Positions 1 to 8,650 of a stretch of 64,000 nt of DNA are shown here, piece by piece. Under the pieces are notes generated by a model. The model was not told the DNA's origin. It saw nothing but the letters and a program-made list of their open reading frames with translations, and ran no database searches. Within the stretch, counting starts at the first letter, position 1; each line of letters begins with the position of its first letter. Source of the stretch: an uncultured Bacteroidales bacterium (GTDB taxonomy: Bacteria; Bacteroidota; Bacteroidia; Bacteroidales; UBA11471). Location: positions 64,726-128,725 of the forward strand of contig CANQQA010000003.1 of the NCBI GenBank assembly GCA_947625885.1. The letters run 5' to 3'. Both the position numbers and the translations under genes were made by a program.

Positions 1-638
1 CGGCGCAGGGGAATTTTCTTGCACCACTCGGCTTTCACTTCATCGGGCAGTTTGGCGGTCATGTCGGTGATGATGAAGCCCGGGGCGATGGCGTTGGCGC
101 GAATGCCGCGCGAGCCCAGTTCTTGTGCGATGGATTTTGCCAAGCCTATCATGCCGGCTTTGGAGGCGGAGTAGTTGGCTTGACCGGCATTGCCGTGTAC
201 GCCCACCACCGATGCCATATTGATGATGCTGCCGTTGCGCTGGCGCATCATGATGGGAGTGCAGGCATGAATGAAGTTGAATGCCGATTTCAGATTGACA
301 GCGATGACGGCGTCCCATTGCGACTCGCTCATGCGCATCATCAGACCGTCTTTGGTGATGCCGGCGTTGTTCACCAGAATGTCGATAGAGCCGAAATCGT
401 CTTTTATCTGATTGACCACTTTTTCGGTCTCCTCGAAGTTGGCGGCGTTGGAGGCATAGCCTTTGGCTTTCACGCCGAGAGCGGCTATTTCGGCTTCGGT
501 GGCTTTGCCGTTTTCGTCGATGACCAAGTCGGTGAAAGCGATGTTTGCCCCTTCGCTCGCCAATTTGAGAGCGACTGCTTTGCCTATACCGCGTGCTGCG
601 CCGGTAATCAAAGCTGTTTTTCCTTCAAGTAATTTCAT
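1..638 (-). CDS. fabG: 3-oxoacyl-ACP reductase-type short-chain dehydrogenase (C-terminus cut by window edge)
   Basis: Minus-strand translation from the ATG at 636-638 reads MKLLEGKTALITGAARGIGKAVALKLASEGANIAF...NNAGIT...YSASKAG. These are the SDR TGxxxGIG, NNAG and YxxxK motifs. It is absent from the ORF track because it has no stop inside the window. Confidence 0.85.
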   Translation of the reverse strand, partial: MKLLEGKTALITGAARGIGKAVALKLASEGANIAFTDLVIDENGKATEAEIAALGVKAKGYASNAANFEETEKVVNQIKDDFGSIDILVNNAGITKDGLMMRMSESQWDAVIAVNLKSAFNFIHACTPIMMRQRNGSIINMASVVGVHGNAGQANYSASKAGMIGLAKSIAQELGSRGIRANAIAPGFIITDMTAKLPDEVKAEWCKKIPLR

Positions 639-649
639 GATTTTCTATT

Positions 650-1264
650 TTAGTGTAATTCGTTATTGTTCGTTGCGATTCCCAGACAGGAAAGCGTCAT
701 GTCGGAAATAAATCCTTTCAACTTCGCCGAGTCGAGTCCCATATCGAAGAACGCCCCCCGCAGGTAAGGCAGCTCCACGCCCCGCAGGCAGCAGTGTATG
801 ACCAGCGCCGTAGCGGCTACGGGACGAGCGCGGAAGATGCCGCGCCGCACGCCGTCTTCGATAATGCGCTGCAAAAATTCCACCTCCTGCCGGTCGATGT
901 TTTTGCGGGCGATTTCCACTTTGCGGGCGTCGCGGAAAAATTCGGCTTTGAGCGTCCCGTTGCGCTGTACGATTTCGCGCAGCGCGTCGAAGCGCGCCTG
1001 TATGTACGTGGCGAGTTTTTCGTCGGGCATCAGATTGCGCGCGACGATGTTTTCGAGCCGTGTCACCAGTGTCGAGAGTTCCGACTCGATGACCGCCTGA
1101 TATATTTCCGATTTGCTGCGGAAGTAGGTGTAGAGCGTGCGCCGCCCTTTCCCCGACGAAAGCGCGATATGGTTCATCGTCGTGTTGTCGATGCCCTTTT
1201 GCGCGAAGAGCTGCCGCGCCGCATCGACAATGAGTTTTCGTGTTTTGGAAACAACATTTTTCAT
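650..1264 (-). CDS. TetR/AcrR family transcriptional regulator
   Basis: N-terminal TetR-type HTH (LIVDAARQLFAQKGIDNTTMNHIALSSGKGRRTLYTYFRSKSEIY). The MKNVV start at 1264 is preferred over the ATG at 1273. It lies directly upstream of fabG on the same strand. Confidence 0.85.
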   Translation of the reverse strand: MKNVVSKTRKLIVDAARQLFAQKGIDNTTMNHIALSSGKGRRTLYTYFRSKSEIYQAVIESELSTLVTRLENIVARNLMPDEKLATYIQARFDALREIVQRNGTLKAEFFRDARKVEIARKNIDRQEVEFLQRIIEDGVRRGIFRARPVAATALVIHCCLRGVELPYLRGAFFDMGLDSAKLKGFISDMTLSCLGIATNNNELH

Positions 1265-1327
1265 AATGCACACTTACATTCCTTTGTGCAAAAGTATAAA
1301 ATATCCTTCGATTTATCCAATATTCGG

Positions 1328-1370
1328 AAAAAAAACGCATCGCCCGATGTACATTCTGCATCGGGCGATG
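1328..1370 (-). terminator. Rho-independent terminator, probably the original tRNA-Ser terminator displaced by the prophage
   Basis: Perfect 12-bp inverted repeat catcgcccgatg (1338-1349) / catcgggcgatg (1359-1370). On the minus strand it is followed by a T8 run (A8 at 1328-1335 on the plus strand). It sits about 30 nt beyond the displaced tRNA 3' fragment. Confidence 0.6.
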
Positions 1371-1401
1371 TTGGGAAAATGCGCTCATAATTGGCGCCGT
1401 C

Positions 1402-1415
1402 TGCGGAGTGAGGGG
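1402..1415. repeat. attL core, a duplicated 3' end of tRNA-Ser
   Basis: tgcggagtgagggg is identical to 49080-49093, which covers the last 12 nt of the intact tRNA-Ser plus 2 nt. The GC drop begins immediately to its right. Confidence 0.65.
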
Positions 1416-1532
1416 CACTATACACAACCCGTTCATACAATACCATACACTACCAATTGCCGCAGAAAAAGGGCAAATCAACGATTGAACAATATTTTAT
1501 AATACATTAGAATACCATTCAAATACCATAAA

Positions 1533-1553
1533 TTCGTGTACGAAATCGTGTAC
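1533..1553. repeat. Left copy of a 21-bp direct repeat, candidate integrase arm-type sites
   Basis: ttcgtgtacgaaatcgtgtac is identical to 49026-49046. It contains two TCGTGTAC units and lies just inside attL, next to the integrase stop codon. Confidence 0.5.
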
Positions 1554-1561
1554 CAATATTG

Positions 1562-2839
1562 TCATAATAAATCAAATTTTGTCATTAAACGGGCTTTCAA
1601 TTCATCAACAATTTTTACGTATGGTTTCATTGCCGAAAAATCCGAATGACCAGTCCACTTCATTATTACTTCACTTGGGATTCCAAGCTGCAATGCGGTA
1701 ATGACAAATGTACGTCTACCGCAATGTGTTGTAAGCAATGCCCATTTGGGCAATACTTGTTCCATTCGTTTGTTACCTTGAAAATAAACAATGCGTGTCG
1801 GCGCATCAATTCCGCACACTTGACCGAGATTTTTCAAGTAGACGTTCATTTTTACATTGGAAATTACGGGCAATGCCAAATCGTCTGGAAATTGAATATC
1901 TTTGTACTTATCAAGTATGACTTGCGAATGCTTATTTAATTCAATACGCAATCCGTCATTCGTTTTCTTGGTTACAACCTCAATGAATCCATCTTTGATG
2001 TCGCTTCGTTTTAGCTTTGCAACGTCAGAATATCGAAGCCCCGTGAAGCAAGAAAACAAAAAAACGTCCCGGACACGTTCGAGTGATGATTGTGATGGCA
2101 AAAATTGATGTGTTTCTAAAATCTTTATTTCGTTTTGTGTCAAATATATTATTTCCTTAGAATTGCCATTAATGCCTTTCATTTTTGGTCTGAATGTGTT
2201 ATGGGCGGTTCCGTTGTAATACCCATTGTTTGCCGCCCAACGCAAGAACCAGCGTACAAATGCAAGATGTTTTGCAATGGTCGTATTTCTGAAATCTTTA
2301 TGTTGTAGATACTCAAAGTAACGTTGCATCTTTGCATCGTCAATTTGAGAGAACGACAAAGAGGGGTCAAAATCTTTCAAGTGTTTGCGAATCGCTGCAA
2401 ATTTTTCAAAAGTTGATATAGTCCATTGGTTTTGCCTGCCCATTGTTTCGGTAAAAATATCGAATCCGCGAAACAAGTCGTCGGGTTCATCTGTAATTTG
2501 GCTGTTTGTTTCCAGTTTTCGACCAATTATATCATTGAATAATTCTTTGATTTCGCAAGGTGTCGGGACACGTTTTTCTAACAGTTCAAAGCGAGCAAAG
2601 ATTTCATTCGTTATTGATTTCCATTCATCAATGGTTCGATTGATTTCTGTCGCAGCCTTACAAGATTGAAAGGCGCATTGGTGTTCAATATCCCAATCGG
2701 AAGCATTTATATTATGCCCTGTCGGAAAATCAATTGGCGTTTGCCCGCGCAAAGTTACACGCATACGGATTGCAAGGTTTTTGGAATCACCCTTGACCCT
2801 TTTGTGCAATAAGAATTTTACGCCCCGTTGAATGTGCAT
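1562..2839 (-). CDS. int: Site-specific tyrosine recombinase (phage integrase)
   Basis: 425 aa. The C-terminal catalytic region shows GLRYSDV, HCGRRTF and GHSDFSAMKPYVKI (H-x-x-R and catalytic Tyr context). It is located at the prophage edge next to the att site. Confidence 0.9.
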   Translation of the reverse strand: MHIQRGVKFLLHKRVKGDSKNLAIRMRVTLRGQTPIDFPTGHNINASDWDIEHQCAFQSCKAATEINRTIDEWKSITNEIFARFELLEKRVPTPCEIKELFNDIIGRKLETNSQITDEPDDLFRGFDIFTETMGRQNQWTISTFEKFAAIRKHLKDFDPSLSFSQIDDAKMQRYFEYLQHKDFRNTTIAKHLAFVRWFLRWAANNGYYNGTAHNTFRPKMKGINGNSKEIIYLTQNEIKILETHQFLPSQSSLERVRDVFLFSCFTGLRYSDVAKLKRSDIKDGFIEVVTKKTNDGLRIELNKHSQVILDKYKDIQFPDDLALPVISNVKMNVYLKNLGQVCGIDAPTRIVYFQGNKRMEQVLPKWALLTTHCGRRTFVITALQLGIPSEVIMKWTGHSDFSAMKPYVKIVDELKARLMTKFDLL

Positions 2840-3129
2840 TATTTATCGTTTTTAAGCATTTTACCACGTCCAAGCAACAACCATTCAGCCGATACGCCAA
2901 AGTCCGTGCAGATGCCCGCCAACGCATCAATATCAATCATTTTATATGTCATTTCATTAAATGGCTTTCCCAAGTCATTCTTTATACGTGAATACTTTGT
3001 TCGGTTTAATTTGTGGGCTTCACAAAAACCCTTCAAACCGTTCATCTTACCCAAAGATATTGCCATTTCCAAGGCTTCAAAAAATCGGCGCTGGATTTCA
3101 ATTGCTCGTGGATTGATGGATTTTTTCAT
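2839..3129 (-). CDS. HTH DNA-binding protein (XRE-like), possible excision or immunity regulator
   Basis: 96 aa with the C-terminal GVSAEWLLLGRGKM signature typical of XRE-type HTH proteins. Its stop overlaps the integrase start. Confidence 0.55.
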   Translation of the reverse strand: MKKSINPRAIEIQRRFFEALEMAISLGKMNGLKGFCEAHKLNRTKYSRIKNDLGKPFNEMTYKMIDIDALAGICTDFGVSAEWLLLGRGKMLKNDK

Positions 3130-3575
3130 TGGATTATTCTTTTGACTTTTATTGTTGATGATTGAAGTGGAGTTCGTCCCTTAATATCAAAAGTTGCACG
3201 ATGCAAACCATCATTTATTTCATTGTCAAATTCAACAGAAATATACAAATTCCACCCGCGTTCTTCTTCAACATATATCTGTTGCGATTCGGCAGAATAA
3301 GACCAGACGCCTTTGTGCAAAATTTCCTTTTCACCGCTTTCATCAATAGTATATTGTGCATATTGATTAGAGGCGTCAAATTCATAATACATATTATAAC
3401 CCGTGTTGGATATATCTGTAAAATAATTATCGCTATTAAGATATGCGTATTCAAGCCAAGTTCCCACAATCGTACTTAATTTAATTGGCGGTTCTTCTTC
3501 GTTTGATTTAGAACAACTTGATAATGATAATGCAAATGCGCATATCAATAATACGTTACGAATCATCTTTTCCAT
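3126..3575 (-). CDS. Lipoprotein (prophage moron candidate)
   Basis: Signal peptide plus lipobox, MEKMIRNVLLICAFALSLSSCSK. 149 aa, in the lysogeny-expressed minus-strand block. Confidence 0.7.
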   Translation of the reverse strand: MEKMIRNVLLICAFALSLSSCSKSNEEEPPIKLSTIVGTWLEYAYLNSDNYFTDISNTGYNMYYEFDASNQYAQYTIDESGEKEILHKGVWSYSAESQQIYVEEERGWNLYISVEFDNEINDGLHRATFDIKGRTPLQSSTIKVKRIIQ

Positions 3576-3754
3576 TTTTTCATCTTTTCTTGATATTCAA
3601 CAATCATTTTATCGAACAGGGCTTTATTTACAACGGCGCATTCTTCTCCTTTCAGGCTTGCCAATTCGAGTTCGTCAAAAATTTCTTCGGGCATAACTGA
3701 ATAATAAGATGCGATTCCGTAATAGTCATTGACATTGATTTTTATCGTTTCCAT
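3563..3754 (-). CDS. Hypothetical protein
   Basis: 63-aa ORF packed between the lipoprotein and repressor genes on the same strand. No recognisable motif. Confidence 0.4.
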   Translation of the reverse strand: METIKINVNDYYGIASYYSVMPEEIFDELELASLKGEECAVVNKALFDKMIVEYQEKMKKWKR

Positions 3755-4139
3755 TGTATTTCTCTTTGGTTAAATTTCCGATAATTTCCAACAATTTGTC
3801 GATGTGTTCTTGGGCTTTTGCCAACGACGCTTCTTTCATTGATAGAATTTCCAATAACTTATTCATATCGGTTGGGTTCACTGTTACGTTGTTGCCGTTG
3901 ATATTGTTTCCATTTATGTTTGTTTGTTCGCCACCACCTGCATACCGCTGGGGTTTTAACATCAAATCGCGCAAAATTACGTGTTTTGATTGCGGAATCG
4001 TTGAGCCGGATTCCCAATTTTGAATTGTTCGTGGGTGAACGCCAACCATTTCGGCAAGCTGTTCTTGGGTAATGCCTAATTTTTCACGAATTTTCTTTAT
4101 ATCGAAATCGTTCATAATCAACGAATTGTTTGTTTTCAA
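3726..4139 (-). CDS. XRE-family repressor (CI-like)
   Basis: HTH IREKLGITQEQLAEMVGVHPRTIQNWESG. Divergent from the early plus-strand operon. The C-terminal half is a coiled coil. An alternative start MNDFD lies at 4115. Confidence 0.8.
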   Translation of the reverse strand: MKTNNSLIMNDFDIKKIREKLGITQEQLAEMVGVHPRTIQNWESGSTIPQSKHVILRDLMLKPQRYAGGGEQTNINGNNINGNNVTVNPTDMNKLLEILSMKEASLAKAQEHIDKLLEIIGNLTKEKYNGNDKNQCQ

Positions 4140-4317
4140 TAAAATTTAACACGCAAAATTACGCGAAAACACACAATATGCCGTATATTTGCGCTTGTAA
4201 AGTTTGGCAATGCAAAATTAAAGCACAAACAAACTTTTGCAAATAGCGAAATTACGTCATTTTATTGAAAATGCAAAAAACGATACGAAAAATTGACATT
4301 TTTAATTCTTAAAAAAT
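4140..4317. promoter_or_regulatory. Divergent immunity switch region with repeated boxes
   Basis: 178-bp AT-rich intergenic region between the divergent repressor and early operon. GCAAAATTA occurs at 4153-4161 and 4212-4220, and GCGAAATTA at 4246-4254. GCAATGCAAAAT is at 4207-4218. A TAtaTTTG (Bacteroides -7 type TAnnTTTG) is at 4184-4191 on the plus strand. Confidence 0.45.
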
Positions 4318-4539
4318 ATGAGCAAAGAACTGTTTTCATTTAACAAAGGGTGGTCGAAAGTAAAGAATGGCGACATTCCAGAATGCCGAAAGAAGCTAAT
4401 GGCGGCATTGAACATCAAAACAAGGGCGGCTTTTCTCAACCGCTTGAATGGAGATGTTGAGCCGAAAATTTCGGAAGTTAAGGCAATCGAAAATGTGTTT
4501 GCCGAGTATGGCGTATTAGATGTTTGGGGTGTTGCGTAA
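4318..4539 (+). CDS. Small early protein (Cro-like position)
   Basis: 73 aa, first gene of the rightward early operon. Its stop overlaps the next start (TAATG). Confidence 0.45.
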   Translation: MSKELFSFNKGWSKVKNGDIPECRKKLMAALNIKTRAAFLNRLNGDVEPKISEVKAIENVFAEYGVLDVWGVA

Positions 4540-4931
4540 TGGACGAAGCAAATAACCTTACAAAACGCGAATCCGAAATTGCCGAATTATTCGCTTGGGG
4601 GGCAAGTAAGAAAGACATTGCAAATCGGCTTTTTATTTCGGAACGGACGGTTGAGAATCATACCCGGAATATATATGAAAAAACGGGGTGTTCAAAAGTC
4701 AATGAGTTATCGGCATGGTGGTTTTGCACGACATTCCACATTTCCTTTGATTTGTCGCCGTTCAAACGAAAGGCAATTGCAATAATGCTTCTTATATTGA
4801 CAATGCCGCAAGCATTTGACTTTGATAATGTAGCGGTAAGAACACGCACAAACACTTGCCCAATTGTTCGTACAATTCGAGCAAGAAGAAAAACAGAAAA
4901 CAACAATTCAACTATCTATTTAGCAATGTAG
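4539..4931 (+). CDS. LuxR/GerE-type HTH regulator with C-terminal membrane segment
   Basis: LTKRESEIAELFAWGASKKDIANRLFISERTVENHTRNIYEKTG is a canonical LuxR-type HTH. A hydrophobic stretch RKAIAIMLLILTMPQAF lies near the C-terminus. The track ORF starts at a TTG at 4524, but the ATG at 4539 is preferred. Confidence 0.8.
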   Translation: MDEANNLTKRESEIAELFAWGASKKDIANRLFISERTVENHTRNIYEKTGCSKVNELSAWWFCTTFHISFDLSPFKRKAIAIMLLILTMPQAFDFDNVAVRTRTNTCPIVRTIRARRKTENNNSTIYLAM

Positions 4932-4953
4932 AACAATAAAAAATTTCGCAACA

Positions 4954-5184
4954 ATGAAAAACAACGGATTAATGAAAAAAGTAAGAACGTTCATCGTTGG
5001 AATATTAGGCGGTATCGCATGGATTCTTATATGTAGCGAACCAGTCGAAGAAGAAACATGGTTTCTTGTATTTTTCGCGACAAGGGTGGGTGCTTTACTG
5101 ATTGGGGGTGTCGCATACGCCCTTTTTGTCCGTTGGAAATCCAAAGGCTTATTATTTGAATTTGAAATAGATGATGAAGTTTAA
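4954..5184 (+). CDS. Small membrane protein
   Basis: 76 aa with two hydrophobic helices (FIVGILGGIAWILI and VGALLIGGVAYALFV). Confidence 0.5.
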   Translation: MKNNGLMKKVRTFIVGILGGIAWILICSEPVEEETWFLVFFATRVGALLIGGVAYALFVRWKSKGLLFEFEIDDEV

Positions 5185-5189
5185 CTACA

Positions 5190-5471
5190 ATGATGCAAAT
5201 TGACCCAAATACAAGGATTATTGACCTTACTGTTGGTGAGCTGGTGGAATTGCTTGGCACTATCAAGGAAACGCCGCAAAAAGCCCCGCAAATGCCAGAT
5301 AGGCGGTTGGTTTATGGCATCTTAGGAATCGCAAAACTGTTTAATTGCAGTATGACGACGGCAAACCGAATCAAGGCGAGCGGGCGAATTGATAAGGCAA
5401 TAAAACAACATGGGCGAATCATTGTAGTTGATGCCGACCTTGCTTTGGAATTATACAGTAATAACAAATAA
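5190..5471 (+). CDS. Putative HTH DNA-binding protein (DUF3853-like)
   Basis: 93 aa. GILGIAKLFNCSMTTANRIKASGRIDKAIKQHGRIIVVDADLALEL resembles small Bacteroidetes HTH proteins. This comparison is from memory only. Confidence 0.45.
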   Translation: MMQIDPNTRIIDLTVGELVELLGTIKETPQKAPQMPDRRLVYGILGIAKLFNCSMTTANRIKASGRIDKAIKQHGRIIVVDADLALELYSNNK

Positions 5472-5482
5472 ATATCGCAACA

Positions 5483-7441
5483 ATGAAAAAAATAATTTTG
5501 AAATCCATTACCCTTTGCAACTTCAAGGGCGAAAAGGAAAGGACAACCAATTTCAATGCCGATGTTACAACGATAACAGGTGATAATGGTCTTGGGAAGT
5601 CAAGACACTTCGATGCTTTCATTTGGCTCCTTTTTGGAAAGGACGCGCAAGACCGTAAAGATTATGAAGTGAAAACACGTGTCAATGGTGAAGAATTGCA
5701 CAATGTTGAATGCAGTGTATCTGGTGTTATAGTCGTTGATGGTGAAGAAATATTGTTGAAGCGTGCATTCGTTGAAGATTGGGTAAAGCCTCGTGGGCAA
5801 GTAAAGCGAATATTCAAGGGGAATCACACCGAATGTGAATGGAATGGAACCCCGGTGAATGTTGGCGAATATTCAAAACGCATTGATGCAATCATTGATT
5901 CATCATTGTTTAAGATGATAACCAACCCGGCATTTTTTGTCAATATGAATTGGAAATTGCAGCGCGAACAATTGTTTCAACTTGCCGGGACAATTACAGA
6001 CGCCGAGATTGCTTCACAAAAGCCAGAATTTGCCGCTTTACTTGATAAAATAAGTGGTAAATCATTTGCAGACTTCAAAGCCGAATTGTTGGCACGAAAG
6101 AAGCGATTGAAAGATAACTTGGCGCAAATACAACCAAGGATTGACCAAACATATAAAATGATGCCGGAAAATGAAGATTTCCACGAAATAGAGGTGGAAA
6201 TTGAATCAATCGACAACGAACTTAACAGTATTGATAAGGCAATTTCAGATATTACAATTGCGTTTCGTCGTCAATATGAAGCCGAACAAGCTAAGCGAAA
6301 CAAAATAAACGCCTTGAAGTCTGAATGCGACCAGATAATTTTCAAGGCTAACGAGAAAATACAAACGTCTGTATATGAATCAAATGCCAATCGCCGAAAA
6401 CTTGACAGACAAATAAGAGAGAGTACACGATTGATTGATAGCACGAACAAGGACATTGAGATATGGAATGCCGCGATTGCCAAAATTCAAAGCGAAATCG
6501 AGAAAATCAAAACCGAGCAAGACAACTTGCGAAATAATTGGTTCCTTGAAAATGGCAAGAAGTACACTGGCGAAACTGTTTGCCCGCATTGTGGTCAAGC
6601 GTTGCCCGAAGAAATGATAATAAAAGCCCGTGAGGTGTTTGTAACAGCGCAAACGGAAAAGTGTAATGATATAAGCAATAAAGGAAAGCAGCTTGGCGAA
6701 AAGATTACTTCGCTTAAAGAGCGCATTGCCGAAATTCAACAATACTTAGACAAAGCAATAAAGGACAAAGAAACTTTGAATGCAGACATTGAAGCACTCA
6801 AAGCAAGATTTGTTGAATTTCCTATTATTGATGTTGCAGCCGTTATTCCGGAACAAATACCCGAATGGGTGGAAAAGCAAAAGGAAATTGCCGACATAGA
6901 AGCAACTATTTCAGACAACAATTCAAGTGTGGACACAACACAATTGCAAACGCAAAAGGCTGCCTTGGATAAAAAACGTGGCGAATTGGTTGTACGTCTT
7001 TCCAAAAGGGATATAATCATTCGTTGCGAAAGGGAAATTGCCAATCTTGAAGAAAAGGGAAAGACAATTGCACAACAAATAGCCGACGCAGAGCGCGAAG
7101 AATATACCGTTGAGCAATTTACAAAAGCAAAGGTAGAAGAATGCGAAAACCGCATCAATGCAATGTTCAAGTTCGTATCATTCCGATTATTTGATTATAC
7201 CATTGATGGCAACCCTGTTGAAACTTGCGTTGCAACCATTGGTGGTGTCATTTATGGCAGCGCAAATAAGGCAGGGCAAATGAATGCGGGTCTTGACATA
7301 ATAAACACGTTATGCAGGTTTTATGGCGTTTGCGCCCCAATATTCATTGATAATCGCGAATCCGTCAATAATATTATTGAAACTGAAAGTCAAATTATAA
7401 ACTTAGTCGTGAATCACGACAAATTTTTAACAATTAAATAA
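5483..7441 (+). CDS. SbcC/Rad50-like AAA ATPase with coiled coil and CxxC hook
   Basis: 652 aa. N-terminal Walker A GDNGLGKS, a long central coiled coil containing CPHCGQ (zinc-hook-like CxxC), and a C-terminal ABC-type signature region. Confidence 0.75.
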   Translation: MKKIILKSITLCNFKGEKERTTNFNADVTTITGDNGLGKSRHFDAFIWLLFGKDAQDRKDYEVKTRVNGEELHNVECSVSGVIVVDGEEILLKRAFVEDWVKPRGQVKRIFKGNHTECEWNGTPVNVGEYSKRIDAIIDSSLFKMITNPAFFVNMNWKLQREQLFQLAGTITDAEIASQKPEFAALLDKISGKSFADFKAELLARKKRLKDNLAQIQPRIDQTYKMMPENEDFHEIEVEIESIDNELNSIDKAISDITIAFRRQYEAEQAKRNKINALKSECDQIIFKANEKIQTSVYESNANRRKLDRQIRESTRLIDSTNKDIEIWNAAIAKIQSEIEKIKTEQDNLRNNWFLENGKKYTGETVCPHCGQALPEEMIIKAREVFVTAQTEKCNDISNKGKQLGEKITSLKERIAEIQQYLDKAIKDKETLNADIEALKARFVEFPIIDVAAVIPEQIPEWVEKQKEIADIEATISDNNSSVDTTQLQTQKAALDKKRGELVVRLSKRDIIIRCEREIANLEEKGKTIAQQIADAEREEYTVEQFTKAKVEECENRINAMFKFVSFRLFDYTIDGNPVETCVATIGGVIYGSANKAGQMNAGLDIINTLCRFYGVCAPIFIDNRESVNNIIETESQIINLVVNHDKFLTIK

Positions 7442-7450
7442 TAAGCAACA

Positions 7451-7732
7451 ATGGAAAAAAAAGAAAGCGAATTTACGCTTGCGACAAAAGCATTCGCAAA
7501 TGAAATTGAAAGCCTTACAAAAAAAGATGGCGTGAAACGTGGCATCATCATTATTGCCGGTGAGGATTTAGGCGAAACAACAGCACAAATAATCGCGGTT
7601 GTCGGCGATAGAATGGAAGCCATTTTGGCAATGGCTGAATTTGTAACAAGAAACGAAACAAGAGATTTGTGCCATGAGGGCATCAAGATGGGCGCATTCA
7701 AACAGATATGGGAACATTCAAAAAATAATTAA
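7451..7732 (+). CDS. Hypothetical protein
   Basis: 93-aa ORF in the operon between the ATPase and the RecT-like gene. Confidence 0.45.
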   Translation: MEKKESEFTLATKAFANEIESLTKKDGVKRGIIIIAGEDLGETTAQIIAVVGDRMEAILAMAEFVTRNETRDLCHEGIKMGAFKQIWEHSKNN

Positions 7733-7744
7733 AAGATTAAGAAA

Positions 7745-8629
7745 ATGAACGAAATTCAAAAAACAAATGGTGGCGCAATGACAGCCGTTGTGCCGCAACA
7801 AAATCAAGTAGGGTTTAACTTCTTCGACCCGGTACAATTTGACACAATACAACGTATCTGCAAGATGTTTGCAAATTCAGAACTTGTGCCGGATATGTAT
7901 AAAGTTTCTGATAAGAACTCTATCGAAAAGGCGATGGCAAATTGTATGATTGCCATCGAGGTTGCACAACGCATTGGCGCAAGCCCCTTAATGGTAATGC
8001 AAAATATGGCGCCGATTTACGGCAAGCCGTCTTGGTCGTCAAAGTTTCTTGTTGCGACCGTAAACACTTGTGGTCGATTCAACCCGCTGCAATATCGTTT
8101 TGTGGAAAAAGGTATGTTGGGAATGGTTGATTACGTCGAATATGTTTATGACAATACAACGAAAAGAAAAAATGCCGTAACAAAACAATTTGACGGCAGA
8201 AAAACAATGGATATTGAATGCGTTGCATTCACAACAGCAAAAGGGTCGGACAAAGTGTTGGAGAGTTCACCCGTTTCTGTACGCCTTGCAATTCAAGAGG
8301 GGTGGTACACAAAAAATGGTTCTAAATGGCAGACGATGACACGTCAAATGTTGATGTATCGCGCAGCTTCATTTTGGACAAGTGCTTATGCACCAGAATT
8401 GTCAATGGGTATGCGCACTGTTGAAGAAATGCAAGACATTCAAGATGCCGATTATCAAGAAGTTGTCGAAAATACAGCCGCGGAAGAAAAAGCAGAAAGA
8501 GCCAACAAGGTAAATATCGGTTCAGATATTGCCGATACAGACACTTCAAACAGTGAAACCCCAAACAACGAATCGGTAGAAACAAAAACTGAAACAGCGA
8601 AAGAAGAACAAAAAATACCGGGATTCTAA
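7745..8629 (+). CDS. RecT-like single-strand annealing protein
   Basis: 294 aa. The core AQRIGASPLMVMQNMAPIYGKPSWSSKFLVA resembles the RecT family pattern. It has an acidic C-terminal tail and a recombination-module context. Confidence 0.55.
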   Translation: MNEIQKTNGGAMTAVVPQQNQVGFNFFDPVQFDTIQRICKMFANSELVPDMYKVSDKNSIEKAMANCMIAIEVAQRIGASPLMVMQNMAPIYGKPSWSSKFLVATVNTCGRFNPLQYRFVEKGMLGMVDYVEYVYDNTTKRKNAVTKQFDGRKTMDIECVAFTTAKGSDKVLESSPVSVRLAIQEGWYTKNGSKWQTMTRQMLMYRAASFWTSAYAPELSMGMRTVEEMQDIQDADYQEVVENTAAEEKAERANKVNIGSDIADTDTSNSETPNNESVETKTETAKEEQKIPGF

Positions 8630-8650
8630 CAATCAAAATCCGAAAGGTTT

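Noticed and set aside
123-632. 169-aa plus-strand ORF at the window start
   Set aside because: It is antisense to the fabG frame, which shows TGxxxGIG, NNAG and YxxxK motifs.
1416-1424. cactataca just inside attL as a ninth copy of the 18-nt motif
   Set aside because: Only 7 core bases match, the AAAAC tail is missing, and no co-oriented gene follows.
663-1481. 272-aa minus ORF and 198-aa plus ORF (794..1390) overlapping the TetR gene
   Set aside because: They are alternative frames of the same high-GC DNA. Only the 650..1264 frame gives a TetR HTH. The others are Arg/Ala-rich shadow ORFs.
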